NCBI GenBank assembly: GCA_963677815.1
Contig: OY782499.1
Span: 412,408 to 476,407, forward strand
Direction: 5' to 3'
DNA from: Candidatus Cloacimonadales bacterium
GTDB taxonomy: Bacteria; Cloacimonadota; Cloacimonadia; Cloacimonadales; JAFGVF01
DNA length: 64,000 nucleotides
This document shows positions 17,929-28,329 of the stretch, piece after piece. The translations under genes were made by a program, and so were the position numbers. The notes beneath the pieces were generated by a model. It was not told where the DNA came from. It ran no database searches and was given only the letters and a program-made list of their open reading frames with translations. Each line of letters begins with the position of its first letter. Within the stretch, counting starts at the first letter, position 1.

Positions 17929-20523
17929 TTAATTTTTTTTTATTATTTCCAAAGCTGAGCTAAGAACTTGAGTTAACTTAGCAGTGTCCTTTCCTCCAGC
18001 CATTGCTGAATCAGGTCTTCCTCCACCTTTTCCACCAACAATAGCAGCCAATTGACCTACTATTTTACCTGCATGATATTTTTTAGTTAAGTCAGGAGTA
18101 ACAATTGTTAGAAGAGAAACTTTATCTCCTAAGTCAGCTATCAGAACCCCAACACCTGATTTCATCTTATCTTTTAATTGATCACCTAAGCTTCTTAAAT
18201 CGTTTGAATTTTCTACTTTAACCTGATTTATCACAACTTTAATATCTTGAACAAGTTGAGCATCTTTAAGTAGTTCATTCACTAAGGCAGAGCCTTGTTT
18301 AGCTTTTAGTTCTTCTATTTCCCTTTTCAAGTCATGGTTTTCTTCTAAATTTTTCTCCACCTTTTCCAACAAGTTTTTATCATTTGCATTTAGAAGGTTT
18401 TTAATACTGTGTAATTTATCTTCTAAGTGCGATATATGTTCTAGTACTTTTGAACCAGTAATTGCTTCAATTCTTCTAATACCAGCAGCCGAAGATGATT
18501 CAGTAATTATTTTGAAAGGTCCTATATCTCCGGTTAAATTAACATGAGTTCCACCACAGAGTTCCATTGAAAAATTAGGAATAGAAACAACTCTAACCTG
18601 GTCTCCATATTTTTCACCAAAAAGAGCCATAGCGCCCTCTTTTTTTGCATCTTCAATTGATTTAATAGCTATATTCACTGGACTATTTTTTCTAATCTCA
18701 TTATTAACAATTTCTTCAATTTGCTTAATTTCTTCATGATTTACTGCTGAGAAATGAGTGAAATCGAATCTTAACCCTTTGCTATCCACCAAGGAACCTT
18801 TTTGCTGAACATGTGCTCCTAATACTTGTCTTAAAGCAGAATGAAGTAAATGAGTTGCAGTATGATTAGAAGCGGTATCTCGTCTAATTGATTTTCTTAC
18901 TGAAGCTATAACAGTTTGAGAAGTGATATTACCTTCAACTAATTTACCTAAGTGAATAAAAGTATCGCCTAACTTCTTTACATCGAAAATTTCAATTAAA
19001 AAATCATTTCCTTTTATTTGTCCTTTATCAGCAGTTTGCCCACCTGATTCTGCATAGAAAGGTGTTTTATCCAGAACAATTTTAACTATATTTTTGTTTT
19101 GACTTGCATACCGTAAAATTGAAGAAGAACACTCCAAAATATCATAACCAACAAATTGGCTTTCAGCTTTATCATCAAAAACAAACCACTGGGTATCGTC
19201 ATCTTCCATAGTAAATTTTGAGGATTGTCTAGCTCTTTCTTTTTGTTGCTCCATTGCTTTATCGAAGCCCTGCATATCGACCTGTAAGCCTCTTTCTGCA
19301 GCTAATATATTAGTTAAATCAATTGGAAATCCAAAGGTATCATACAAGGTAAAAGCTTCTTCACCTGGAATTGTTTTTGTATTTAGGCTACTAAGGATTT
19401 CTTCAAACTTATCAAGTCCCTTATCAAGAGTTTGATTAAACCTCTCTTCCTCAGCTTTAATGACCATCATTATATAGTCTCTTTTCTCTTCAAGTTCATG
19501 GAAATGATTCCCCATTACAGAGATAACTGAATCCACAAGTTTATATAAGAAAGGTTCTTTTAATCCAATATTTCTTCCATAACGAGCAGCTCTTCTTAGT
19601 ATTCTTCTTAAAACATACCCTCTGCCTTCATTTGCAGGCATACCGCCGTCAGCTAAAGCGAATGTCAAGCATCTGATATGGTCTGCTATTACTCTATGGG
19701 AAACAGAATCTTGAGGATTATATTCAAAGCCTGAAATTTTGCTGATATCGTTAATAATAGGCATAAATAAATCTGTGTGATAGTTTGAATCTTTCCCTTG
19801 GAGGATTTGGCAAATTCTTTCAAAACCAGAACCAGTATCAACATGAGTCTTTTTTAGTGGAGTTAAACTTCCATCAGATTCTCTATAATATTGCATAAAG
19901 ACAAGGTTCCAGATCTCCATGTAACGGTGGCAATCACCATTTACTTCACAGTTATGTTGCCCTTGGACTCCACAATAATCTACACCTCTATCATAATGAA
20001 TTTCGGTACAAGGTCCGCATGGTCCAGTTTCACCCATCTCCCAGAAATTATCTTTATCGCCATGGTAGCTTATATGAGAAGGATCTATGTCAGTAAGTTC
20101 TTTCCAAAGTTCATAAGCTTCTTGATCAGAATGATGAACAGTAGCATAGAGTTTTGCTTTGTCCAGTTTCCAGACATCTGTTATAAGTTCCCAAGCCCAA
20201 GAGATTGCTTCTTTTTTATAGTAATCTCCAAAAGACCAGTTACCTAGCATTTCAAAGAAAGTATGGTGATAACCATCTTTACCAACTTCATCAAGGTCAT
20301 TATGTTTCCCCCCTGCTCTAATACATTTTTGGGAGTTAACTGCCCTTGAATATTTAGCTTCTACTTTATCTAAGAAAATATCTTTAAACTGGTTCATTCC
20401 GGCATTGATAAAAAGAAGGGTTGGATCATCTTGAGGAATTACTGGTGATGACTTAACAAAGGTATGACCTTTGCTCTTAAAAAAATCTATAAATTGAGCT
20501 CTAATTTCGCTACTTTTCTTCAT
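17929..20523 (-). CDS. alaS: Alanine--tRNA ligase
   Basis: DPTLLFINAGMNQFK, HHTFFEMLGNWSFGDY, HTATHLLH, ELCGGTHV, GGKGGGR. Confidence 0.98.
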   Translation of the reverse strand: MKKSSEIRAQFIDFFKSKGHTFVKSSPVIPQDDPTLLFINAGMNQFKDIFLDKVEAKYSRAVNSQKCIRAGGKHNDLDEVGKDGYHHTFFEMLGNWSFGDYYKKEAISWAWELITDVWKLDKAKLYATVHHSDQEAYELWKELTDIDPSHISYHGDKDNFWEMGETGPCGPCTEIHYDRGVDYCGVQGQHNCEVNGDCHRYMEIWNLVFMQYYRESDGSLTPLKKTHVDTGSGFERICQILQGKDSNYHTDLFMPIINDISKISGFEYNPQDSVSHRVIADHIRCLTFALADGGMPANEGRGYVLRRILRRAARYGRNIGLKEPFLYKLVDSVISVMGNHFHELEEKRDYIMMVIKAEEERFNQTLDKGLDKFEEILSSLNTKTIPGEEAFTLYDTFGFPIDLTNILAAERGLQVDMQGFDKAMEQQKERARQSSKFTMEDDDTQWFVFDDKAESQFVGYDILECSSSILRYASQNKNIVKIVLDKTPFYAESGGQTADKGQIKGNDFLIEIFDVKKLGDTFIHLGKLVEGNITSQTVIASVRKSIRRDTASNHTATHLLHSALRQVLGAHVQQKGSLVDSKGLRFDFTHFSAVNHEEIKQIEEIVNNEIRKNSPVNIAIKSIEDAKKEGAMALFGEKYGDQVRVVSIPNFSMELCGGTHVNLTGDIGPFKIITESSSAAGIRRIEAITGSKVLEHISHLEDKLHSIKNLLNANDKNLLEKVEKNLEENHDLKREIEELKAKQGSALVNELLKDAQLVQDIKVVINQVKVENSNDLRSLGDQLKDKMKSGVGVLIADLGDKVSLLTIVTPDLTKKYHAGKIVGQLAAIVGGKGGGRPDSAMAGGKDTAKLTQVLSSALEIIKKN

Positions 20524-20595
20524 AATTATATCTCCGTAAAATTATTAATATTAATCTATTATAACAAGACCTTAGATAGCTAGATTATGTCAAGC

Positions 20596-20627
20596 AAAAA
20601 AGAAAGGCAAGAACTAGTTCTTGCCTT
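20596..20627 (-). terminator. Intrinsic terminator after buk
   Basis: AAGGCAAGAAC-TA-GTTCTTGCCTT with an A-rich left flank. Confidence 0.65.
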
Positions 20628-20654
20628 ACAAATTTATTTGTCTTTCAAGTAAAA

Positions 20655-21734
20655 TTATTGACCATAAATTTTGGCTTCTTCAAGTCCTTTAAGTACTCTT
20701 GTACCACCTTGACAGAGAGCTTCCATTTCTTTTTCGCCAGGGAAAAGTTCTATTGGAGCGATAAATTCAACTCTATCAGAAATTGTTTTAACAATTAATT
20801 CATTATAAACTAATCCACCAGACATAAAGATAACATCTACTTTTCCATTCAATACTGTTGAACAAGCACCTACTTCTTTAGCTACTTGATAACACATAGC
20901 ATCTTGGATTAATTTAGCTTTCTTATCACCATTTTTAATCATTTCAGCTACATCTCTTCCATCGTCTGTGCCTAAATAGGCAAGATAGCCAGCTTTTTTT
21001 GACAAGTAACCAAGCAAGTCTTTTTTAGTGTATTGTCCAGAATAACACATTTCAATAAGGTCACCAATTGGCAAAGCACCAGCACGTTGAGGTGAGAAAG
21101 GTCCCATTCCAAGAAGAGCATTATTTACATCAACAACTCTTCCTTCTTTAATAGCTGCTACTGAAACACCACCACCCATGTGGATGCCTATCATATTACA
21201 TTCTGAGAGTGGTTTTCCTAATTTTTCAGCTAGAAGTCTAGCAATGTATCTTATATTTAAAGCATGGAAAAGAGATTGTCTTTTTATTTCAGGAATACCA
21301 GAGATTCTAGCAATTTCATCAAATTCATCAACCACAACAGGGTCAACGATATAAGAAGGAATATTATAGTCATTAGCTATTGATTCTGAGATAAAAGCAC
21401 CAAGATTTGAAGCATGAATTCTACCCCATAAAGCTGGGTCACTTAGGTCTTTTTTCATTTCTTCATTAACAATATAAGTACCACCTGCAATAGCTTTCAT
21501 TAAGCCACCTCTTCCAACAACTGCTGCAAGAGTTTTAGGATCTACATTGTTTTCTTCCATTGCTTCTAGAACTAATTTTTTTCTGTAATCATACTGTTCG
21601 ATTATGCCACCAAATTTGTCTAATACTTCAGCATCATGTCTTAATGTCTTAGTAAAAACTTCTTTAGCGTCATCATATACTGCGATTTTAGTTGATGTTG
21701 AACCAGGATTAATTGCTAATACGCGATTTTCCAT
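20655..21734 (-). CDS. buk: Butyrate kinase
   Basis: INPGSTSTK, VGRGGL, HASNLG, DPVVVDE, FHALN, HMGGGVSV, PGEKEMEAL. Confidence 0.93.
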   Translation of the reverse strand: MENRVLAINPGSTSTKIAVYDDAKEVFTKTLRHDAEVLDKFGGIIEQYDYRKKLVLEAMEENNVDPKTLAAVVGRGGLMKAIAGGTYIVNEEMKKDLSDPALWGRIHASNLGAFISESIANDYNIPSYIVDPVVVDEFDEIARISGIPEIKRQSLFHALNIRYIARLLAEKLGKPLSECNMIGIHMGGGVSVAAIKEGRVVDVNNALLGMGPFSPQRAGALPIGDLIEMCYSGQYTKKDLLGYLSKKAGYLAYLGTDDGRDVAEMIKNGDKKAKLIQDAMCYQVAKEVGACSTVLNGKVDVIFMSGGLVYNELIVKTISDRVEFIAPIELFPGEKEMEALCQGGTRVLKGLEEAKIYGQ

Positions 21735-21825
21735 TGTTCCTCCATATTTTGAATTTATTATTTTCCTAAATTTAGCAAAAGGCTTATTATGGTCAAGAAG
21801 TAATTTGGATTTTACCTAAATTGAA

Positions 21826-21985
21826 CCCAAATGGTGAAGTAGATCTTTGAGAAGAGTACAGATTCTTTTAGCAAAATAGCTTACAGAATTTAAACGTATA
21901 TAATATATATATTCGGAAGAATTATGTAAGCTACTTTTGCAGAAGAATATAGTGCTATTCTCAAAGATCTATTGCATTATTTGGG
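21826..21985. mobile_element. Foldback MITE copy 3 (160 bp) with TTGAA target-site duplication
   Basis: CCCAAATGGTGAAGTAGATC...GATCTATTGCATTATTTGGG; TTGAA at 21821-21825 and 21986-21990. Confidence 0.85.
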
Positions 21986-22072
21986 TTGAACCTAGAATTT
22001 TAACAAATCATTTGGTGGTTTTCAGATAATAATTGTATCCACCTGAGATTATATTATTTTTCATTTAATAAG

Positions 22073-23122
22073 TTATTTCTCTAAAGATTGAATAGCATCT
22101 TTAATAGCAGAAAGTTTATCTTTTTTTAGTAAGCCACGTCTATAGTCATTAATTTTCTCAAATTCTTCAGGACTATAGAATAATTCATCTCTTCTAGTAC
22201 CGCTATGAAGTATATCTATGGCAGGGAAAATTCTATTATCTGCAATTTCTCTATCTAGAACAATCTCGCAGTTACCAGTACCTTTAAATTCTTCAAAAAT
22301 AAGTTGGTCCATTCTTGAGCCAGTATCTACTAAAATAGTTGCAATGATAGAAAGTGAACCACCGTTTTCTATATTACGGGCAAGACCAAAGAATTTTCTA
22401 GGAATCTCTAATGCTCCAGCAGTTATCCCACCGCTCATAACTTTTCCATTACCTTTATAGTTCAGGTTATAGACTCTTCCAATACGAGTTAAGCTATCAA
22501 CTAAAAAAACAACTTCATTACCGCATTCAAGTTCGTTTTTGGCAATACTCATAGCAAGGGATGTAATAAAAACATGAGCTCCTAAATTTTGGTCATTACT
22601 TGAGGCTAAGACAATTGCATCTGTTTCTCTACGAAAATCAGTTATTTCCTCAGGTCTTTCATCGACTAGTAATATCACAGGGATAACCTTAGGGTAATTC
22701 TTTTTTATATCTATGGCTAATTGTTTTAGGAGGGTTGTTTTACCTGAACGAGGAGGAGAAACAATTAGAGCTCGAGAACCTTTAGCTATTGGTGCAAATT
22801 TATCTATTAATTTCAAGGAATCAAAAGAAGATTCATGAAAGGAAAACTTATCTTCAGGGTTGATGACAGTATAATTACTTAAATCACTCCTATCATAAAA
22901 AACTTGTGGGTCTTTGCCACAGACTTCTATTATCTCATCAACTACCTTTGCACCTTTAACCTTCTTAAAGGTAACAGTCATTCTTAAACCATGTTCTAAT
23001 TTCAATTTATTCACTAATTTACTTGAAATTGTGATAGGATTTCTATTATTTATATCATCAGGAGTTACTATTTTAGAAACAGGCTTTCTCTTGATTAAAA
23101 TTCCAGTGAATGTTTCACTCAT
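22073..23122 (-). CDS. rho: Transcription termination factor Rho, short divergent form (start moved to ATG 23122)
   Basis: SPPRSGKT, LVDERPEE, DSLTR, SGG Q-loop, EEFKGTGN R-loop, FPAI...SGTRRDE; the 23158 start lies inside a MITE. Confidence 0.85.
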   Translation of the reverse strand: MSETFTGILIKRKPVSKIVTPDDINNRNPITISSKLVNKLKLEHGLRMTVTFKKVKGAKVVDEIIEVCGKDPQVFYDRSDLSNYTVINPEDKFSFHESSFDSLKLIDKFAPIAKGSRALIVSPPRSGKTTLLKQLAIDIKKNYPKVIPVILLVDERPEEITDFRRETDAIVLASSNDQNLGAHVFITSLAMSIAKNELECGNEVVFLVDSLTRIGRVYNLNYKGNGKVMSGGITAGALEIPRKFFGLARNIENGGSLSIIATILVDTGSRMDQLIFEEFKGTGNCEIVLDREIADNRIFPAIDILHSGTRRDELFYSPEEFEKINDYRRGLLKKDKLSAIKDAIQSLEK

Positions 23123-23153
23123 AAATTTTTTACCTTCTTTGTTGTTGATTTGA

Positions 23154-23228
23154 CCCAAATGGTGCGGTAGAGCTTTGATGATAAGTCTTAGATTCTGCTA
23201 TTCGCAAATATCTATTGCATTATTTGGG
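23154..23228. mobile_element. Internally deleted MITE copy 4
   Basis: CCCAAATGGTGCGGTAGAGC...TCTATTGCATTATTTGGG; the flanks do not form a clean TSD. Confidence 0.75.
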
Positions 23229-23372
23229 TTCAGTGTTTATCTGTTTATCCTCAGCTATTCAAAGTTTAGATAATAACACTATAAACACTAATCAGATTAT
23301 GCTTTCCCCTCAAATATTAACTACGATTAATTTTCTTGAGGGCTTATTTTTGATTAAAATTATGTTCGTTTT

Positions 23373-23438
23373 ACCAAATGGTGCAGTAAAATTTTTAGGG
23401 ATAGTGCACATTCTCAAAAACCTACTGCCTTATATGGG
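23373..23438. mobile_element. Degenerate short MITE copy 5
   Basis: CCAAATGGTGCAGTA...CCTACTGCCTTATATGGG. Confidence 0.6.
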
Positions 23439-23492
23439 ATTAATGTCATTAAATATTTTAGATTGAATTAGTCAAATCATTTTAAATTTTAT

Positions 23493-23678
23493 CCCAGATC
23501 GAGTAGTAAAAATTAATTGAAAAATGCAGATTATTCTAGCAAAGTCTCTTTCTTTTAGGGGGATAAAAGGTGGATTCCATGAAGCAAGTATAACATAAAT
23601 ATCAAGAGAGGAATTATGCAAGTTACTTTTGCAGAAGGATATAATGCTGATCAAAGAGTTTTACTGCATTTTTTTTGG
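23493..23678. mobile_element. Degenerate MITE copy 6 with an altered core
   Basis: CCCAGATC...TGCAGATTATTCTAGCAAA...GGAATTATGCAAGTTACTTTTGCAGAAG...TTACTGCATT; core holds a REP-like TAGGGGGATAAAAGGTGGATT piece. Confidence 0.6.
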
Positions 23679-23744
23679 ATTAATCAAGCTACGCTTGAGA
23701 CAGAGTGAATATCCAATGTTGAACAGGAAATACTTTCATTCCAT

Positions 23745-23778
23745 AAAAAAAGCCCTCTGTGGCAACAACACAGAGGGA
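23745..23778 (-). terminator. Intrinsic terminator of the B12 operon
   Basis: CCCTCTGTG...CACAGAGGG stem with an A-run on the left. Confidence 0.65.
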
Positions 23779-23791
23779 ACAGGAAGTTTCT

Positions 23792-25039
23792 CTATTTGAG
23801 AATCATGAACTTGCCACTAATACTTTGCTTATTATTAGTGATTTTATAGAAATAGATACCATTAGCTAATGAATTAATACTCTTAGTTTTGTTCTTCCAA
23901 GAGAATTGATTATCTGAAGAAGAAAACTCATCGACTAACTGTCCTTTTAAATTATAAATCTGAATTTTACTTGCCCCTCTTGTATTTCCTTGAAGAGAAA
24001 AATTTAACTTTTGTGAGCAAGGATTAGGATAGGTAGAAACTGTTATTGGAGCTAACTCAACGTTATTATCTACATTAGCTACTGCTTGATACTGGAAGAT
24101 TACATCAGTTGGAGCGAGAGCTAATTCAAAGGTCTGCCCAGATCCTAGATTATCGTCAGTAAGCCAAAGACTACCATTTGCTCCCCACACTGAATTAACA
24201 AAAGCAATTGACTGTCCATTAGTTGCGATAGTAGAAGCCCCTGGTGAAAGAGGATTAGTTGAATCATTTATAACTGTATCGTTATCTGTATCAATTAAAT
24301 AAACACCTGCATTCATAGCATCAGTAATATATCCATGATTATTAATAAAAGCAGCCTTGCCTATATTTCCACCAATGTCTAAGGAAGAAATAATTGTATC
24401 ATTTTCAGGATTGATAACCTCAACAACACCTAAAATATCAGACCAGTTTCCTGTACACATAACATATATTTTACCGCGATAATAATGTAAATTTTGAGGA
24501 TTTAATGAAGTAGGAATTGTAGTTATTATCTGCATGTTTTCTTCCGAAAGAACTGTAATCTTACTATCTTGATAATTGTTTGCATAACCACCACTACAAG
24601 CAACATATATTTTACCTTGAGCAAATTCTATACTCTCAGGTGCTTGTCCAACCTCAATTTCAGAAACAACTTCTTCAGAGATTAGATCAATCTTGTAAAG
24701 TTTGTTTGTAACAAAACCTGTCACATATAAATAATCATCTTTTACTCTTGCATGCCATGGGTTTGATGAATCTCCAACATAAATATTGCTTAAAGTGTTC
24801 CCTGTTATCAAATCAATCTTTTGTACTGAATTATCACCAGAATTTGTTACATAAGCAATATCATCCTTAATATCAATAAGATTAGGAGTCACTCCCAAAT
24901 CTACATATGCATTATCTACTGAGCCTGTTTCATAATTAACCTTAGAAAGGGTTCCGCTTGTAGAATTCACAACATAAATGTTATTTGCGAATAGATTAAT
25001 ACTAACTACTAGAATCAATAACAACATAATTTTTCTCAT
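23792..25039 (-). CDS. Secreted YncE/BtuG-like beta-propeller with a C-terminal sorting domain
   Basis: Signal peptide; repeated YV.N/YV.C propeller blades (AYVTNSG, LYVTG, IYVACSG, IYVMCTG); TYPNP...IYNLKGQ...NGIYFY tail; last gene of the riboswitch operon. Confidence 0.78.
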   Translation of the reverse strand: MRKIMLLLILVVSINLFANNIYVVNSTSGTLSKVNYETGSVDNAYVDLGVTPNLIDIKDDIAYVTNSGDNSVQKIDLITGNTLSNIYVGDSSNPWHARVKDDYLYVTGFVTNKLYKIDLISEEVVSEIEVGQAPESIEFAQGKIYVACSGGYANNYQDSKITVLSEENMQIITTIPTSLNPQNLHYYRGKIYVMCTGNWSDILGVVEVINPENDTIISSLDIGGNIGKAAFINNHGYITDAMNAGVYLIDTDNDTVINDSTNPLSPGASTIATNGQSIAFVNSVWGANGSLWLTDDNLGSGQTFELALAPTDVIFQYQAVANVDNNVELAPITVSTYPNPCSQKLNFSLQGNTRGASKIQIYNLKGQLVDEFSSSDNQFSWKNKTKSINSLANGIYFYKITNNKQSISGKFMILK

Positions 25040-25051
25040 AATTTCTCCTGA

Positions 25052-27214
25052 CTATTTTATTAAATATTTTATACCATAGCCACAGGCCCAATTGAAAGGA
25101 GCCTGAGGATTATATTTATAGATTTCATAATAATTGTTTAATATATTATTTAGATTTAAATTAAAATCATGTTCAAATTTACCATGTCTTAACTTTTTTG
25201 CTAGACTTAGATTTACAAGTTCATAACCATCTAATGGGGCTTTTAAATTGTCTTGAGTTACCCACTGCTTGCCAGTCTTAGAATATTCAGCCTTGACATT
25301 ATAGCCTTGATAAGTATAATCTAAATTTATATTAAAAGTAAAATCTGGTATATAAACTAATTCTTTACCATAAGAAGCTGATGGAAGTCCATTCTCTATA
25401 AGTGTTTTATTTTTTGTCTTAGAAAACACTGCTTCAGAAGATATCATTAAATCTTCTAAGGGCTCCCAAGAGAATTGGATTTCATTATTAGCAATTTCAC
25501 TTGATCCAATATTTAATGGTTTCCAGATAACACTCTGTACTTGAACCTGAACCCACTGAATCAAATTGTCAATTTCATTATAAGAATGATTAAACTTCAG
25601 TTTAAGTGTAGAATACTCTACTTGAAAACCAAGCTGGTATCCTTGCGATTCCTCTGCTGTAAGGTTAGGATTTCCTTCTGCATGAGAATCCCCCTTCCAA
25701 TACAAACTATAAAAAGAAGGAATAGTAAAACTATTTCCATAAGAAAATAAAAGGGTGGGCTTTATAATATGGTCATAAGAAACATCTCCACTTAAGCGAT
25801 ATGAAGAAAAATCTTTAAACACAGAATGTTTATCATGTCTAACCGAGGCAATCACATTATAGTTAAAGAGACTTATATTATCGCTATACTGACTAATTAT
25901 ATTATTTGCATAAGAATATTGACTTCTTTCAGCTATACTATTATTGACTTGGAATTTATTAGTATGAGAATAAGACTCTTTCAAGTAGCTGTTCACTATA
26001 GTAAATTGCAATTTATCAAAATCAATAAAATTCTGTAATTTTAAACCGTACCTTTTATTCTCAGATTCATTGTCAGCTTTTGTTAACGAAATATTAGCAT
26101 TCAGATTAGTGTAATTAGACTTTTTATGAATATTATAAAATTCAAGACTATTATTCACTCTGGCAATCTTTTTAGACAACTTAAGGCTGTTCAAGAAGTC
26201 ATAGCCCTCAATCCTAGCACCATTATAGAGTTCAAGAGCATTTGTTGGACCAGGTAATTGGTTATCATAGAGAGAAATATTCCCATTATAATATAAATCA
26301 AAGAAAGAAAATTTACTGGAAAGATTAAGCATAGCATTGTTAGTTTTCTTAGAGTTATTATCTCTTTTCAAAGTAAACCAATCATTACCCTTTTTAATTC
26401 TAAATTTGAAGTTATTTTTCGCTTCTTGCTGAGAAAATACTGAGTAAAAACTAGTATTAGCTAAGGAAAAACCACTTGATAAACTTAACTTTTTGAAATT
26501 ATAGCTACCATAATTCCCCTTAATAGAAAACTCACTGTTTGCATTGTTAGAGGTCTTCTTAGTCTTAATATTAATCAAGCCTGCCATTCCTCCTCCCCCC
26601 GAAAGAGAAGAAACATTATTCTTGTAAATCTCAACTTCATCCACTAATTCCACTGGTATCGAAGCTAAATCAAAATCCTCTCCATTATTGTTTAAAGGAA
26701 TACCATCCAACATAACTAGGGTATGTCTTGCAGAATGACCCAAAATCGAAGCAGTCTGTTTTTCTCCTGGTAATTGAGTCCCCTCTATAGTAATACTCTT
26801 ATCTTGAGTAATAACTTCAGCCAAGTTACTATTTCCATCCTGTTTATCCTTAAGAGATATAGTAACTTTTTCCTGGGAACTAGGTAGCTGACTATTCTTC
26901 CTCTTGCTAGTAAAAGTGAAAGCAGAGAGTTCTAAGTCTAATGGTTTTAAGGTAAAGCTCATCACAGAATCAAAGTCCTCTTTAGCAATTTTTACTATCT
27001 CATGAAAAGCATAATAAATTATTAAAGAATCTGCCTGAGATTTTGAATTTAAGAAGAAGTAACCATTTTCCTGACTAAAAGTAGAATTCTGTCCATGGAT
27101 TACCAAAACTTCTTGCAAGGGCTTTCTTTCTTGGTCATAAACATAACCTTGATAAGTCTCAGCCTTTAAACTTAAAACTATTATTAAGATAAGAACAATA
27201 ACTAATTTTTTCAT
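25052..27214 (-). CDS. TonB-dependent receptor, probably for cobalamin (BtuB-like)
   Basis: Plug motifs HTLVMLDGIPLN, VEIYK, GLINIKTK; PSF.SLYW, GNPNLTAEES, LNLNNILN; downstream of a B12 riboswitch. Confidence 0.85.
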   Translation of the reverse strand: MKKLVIVLILIIVLSLKAETYQGYVYDQERKPLQEVLVIHGQNSTFSQENGYFFLNSKSQADSLIIYYAFHEIVKIAKEDFDSVMSFTLKPLDLELSAFTFTSKRKNSQLPSSQEKVTISLKDKQDGNSNLAEVITQDKSITIEGTQLPGEKQTASILGHSARHTLVMLDGIPLNNNGEDFDLASIPVELVDEVEIYKNNVSSLSGGGGMAGLINIKTKKTSNNANSEFSIKGNYGSYNFKKLSLSSGFSLANTSFYSVFSQQEAKNNFKFRIKKGNDWFTLKRDNNSKKTNNAMLNLSSKFSFFDLYYNGNISLYDNQLPGPTNALELYNGARIEGYDFLNSLKLSKKIARVNNSLEFYNIHKKSNYTNLNANISLTKADNESENKRYGLKLQNFIDFDKLQFTIVNSYLKESYSHTNKFQVNNSIAERSQYSYANNIISQYSDNISLFNYNVIASVRHDKHSVFKDFSSYRLSGDVSYDHIIKPTLLFSYGNSFTIPSFYSLYWKGDSHAEGNPNLTAEESQGYQLGFQVEYSTLKLKFNHSYNEIDNLIQWVQVQVQSVIWKPLNIGSSEIANNEIQFSWEPLEDLMISSEAVFSKTKNKTLIENGLPSASYGKELVYIPDFTFNINLDYTYQGYNVKAEYSKTGKQWVTQDNLKAPLDGYELVNLSLAKKLRHGKFEHDFNLNLNNILNNYYEIYKYNPQAPFNWACGYGIKYLIK

Positions 27215-27978
27215 GGATAAATGATGTTTGGCTTATTTGTTAGAGGATTATTTACTACTCCGAGTTTTATGTCGAATAGCCTTTCTAAATTATCAGAAGT
27301 TATAACTTCTTGAGGACTTCCATCAGCTACAAGTCCACCATCCTTTATAGCAATCATCCGCTGAGAATAATTAGCTGATAGATTGATATTGTGAGAAATC
27401 ATTATTATTGATTTACCCTTTGTCTCATGGAGGTCTTTCATGATGTTTAGTATTTCAATTTGATGATTAATGTCTAAATGTGAAAAAGTCTCATCTAAAA
27501 GGATATAATCAGAATCTTGAGCTATTGCCCTAGCAATTAAACTTCGTTGCTTCTCCCCTCCACTCAACTGGTTAATATACTTTTTTCTAAGTTTTGTTAA
27601 ATCTAAATCTTTGATTATTTTTTCTACAATTTCAAAATCACGACTTGAGTAATTCTGCCATACTGAGATAAAAGGATATCGACCCATTAAAATAATCTCT
27701 TCAACAGTAAAATTGTATTGGATAAAAGTCTCTTGAGGAATATATGTTACTATTTTTGCAAGTTCTCTCTGACTCCATTCTCCAACTTCTTTTCCTGAAA
27801 TACAGATAGTCCCTGAATTAGGACGCATAAAACCTATAATTAGTTTTAAAAGAGTTGATTTACCAGCCCCATTTGGCCCCAGAATAGAGACAAACTCTGA
27901 TTTAGAAAATTTTAAGTTCAAATCGGTAAAAATTTCCTTATCATGATATCCAGCTTGAAGATTTTTTATGTGTATCAT
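27211..27978 (-). CDS. ABC ATPase of the cobalamin/iron-siderophore family (BtuD/FhuC-like)
   Basis: GPNGAGKST, MGRYP, LSGGEKQR, LLDE..SHLDINHQ. Confidence 0.9.
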   Translation of the reverse strand: MIHIKNLQAGYHDKEIFTDLNLKFSKSEFVSILGPNGAGKSTLLKLIIGFMRPNSGTICISGKEVGEWSQRELAKIVTYIPQETFIQYNFTVEEIILMGRYPFISVWQNYSSRDFEIVEKIIKDLDLTKLRKKYINQLSGGEKQRSLIARAIAQDSDYILLDETFSHLDINHQIEILNIMKDLHETKGKSIIMISHNINLSANYSQRMIAIKDGGLVADGSPQEVITSDNLERLFDIKLGVVNNPLTNKPNIIYP

Positions 27979-28085
27979 TCTTCCTCTAAAGATTTTACTT
28001 GTGTAACTCGAATGGTAATCTAAATTTTTCCTAAATTTATTGAAGAATTTCCGTTATATTAGATTGTACTTCGCAATCATTACGG

Positions 28086-28239
28086 ACTCAGTGGCAGGTT
28101 TCCTGACTTGTAGCAAGCTATGGCAAAGAACCTTCCCAGAATTTATCCAGTGGTACTTCTAGCTTATTTATGCTACTTACAGTGGCGAAGACCGTTCCCG
28201 ATTTTAACGGGATTCCCTTTTACTCTTGCACCATTGAGC
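28086..28239 (-). promoter_or_regulatory. Cobalamin riboswitch
   Basis: Minus strand GGTGC...AAAAGGGAATCCCGTTAAAATCGGGAACGGTC...GCCACTGT...CCACTGG...TGGGAAGG...AAGTCAGGAAACCTGCC (B12 box); P1 CTCAATGG/CCACTGAG; upstream of btuD/btuB-like genes. Confidence 0.93.
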
Positions 28240-28329
28240 TACACATTTTCACTATTTTTTTTTAGTAGTTATAACTGTCAATAGAAAAGAAAATTTTGGC
28301 ATACATCCCCTTTTTTTAAGAGAAATTTT

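Noticed and set aside
23215-23654. ORFs 23215-23466 and 23472-23654
   Set aside because: They overlap degenerate MITE copies and show no protein-like motifs.
28294-28312. Sigma54 promoter (TTGGCAT) before the kinase remnant
   Set aside because: No GC at the -12 position.
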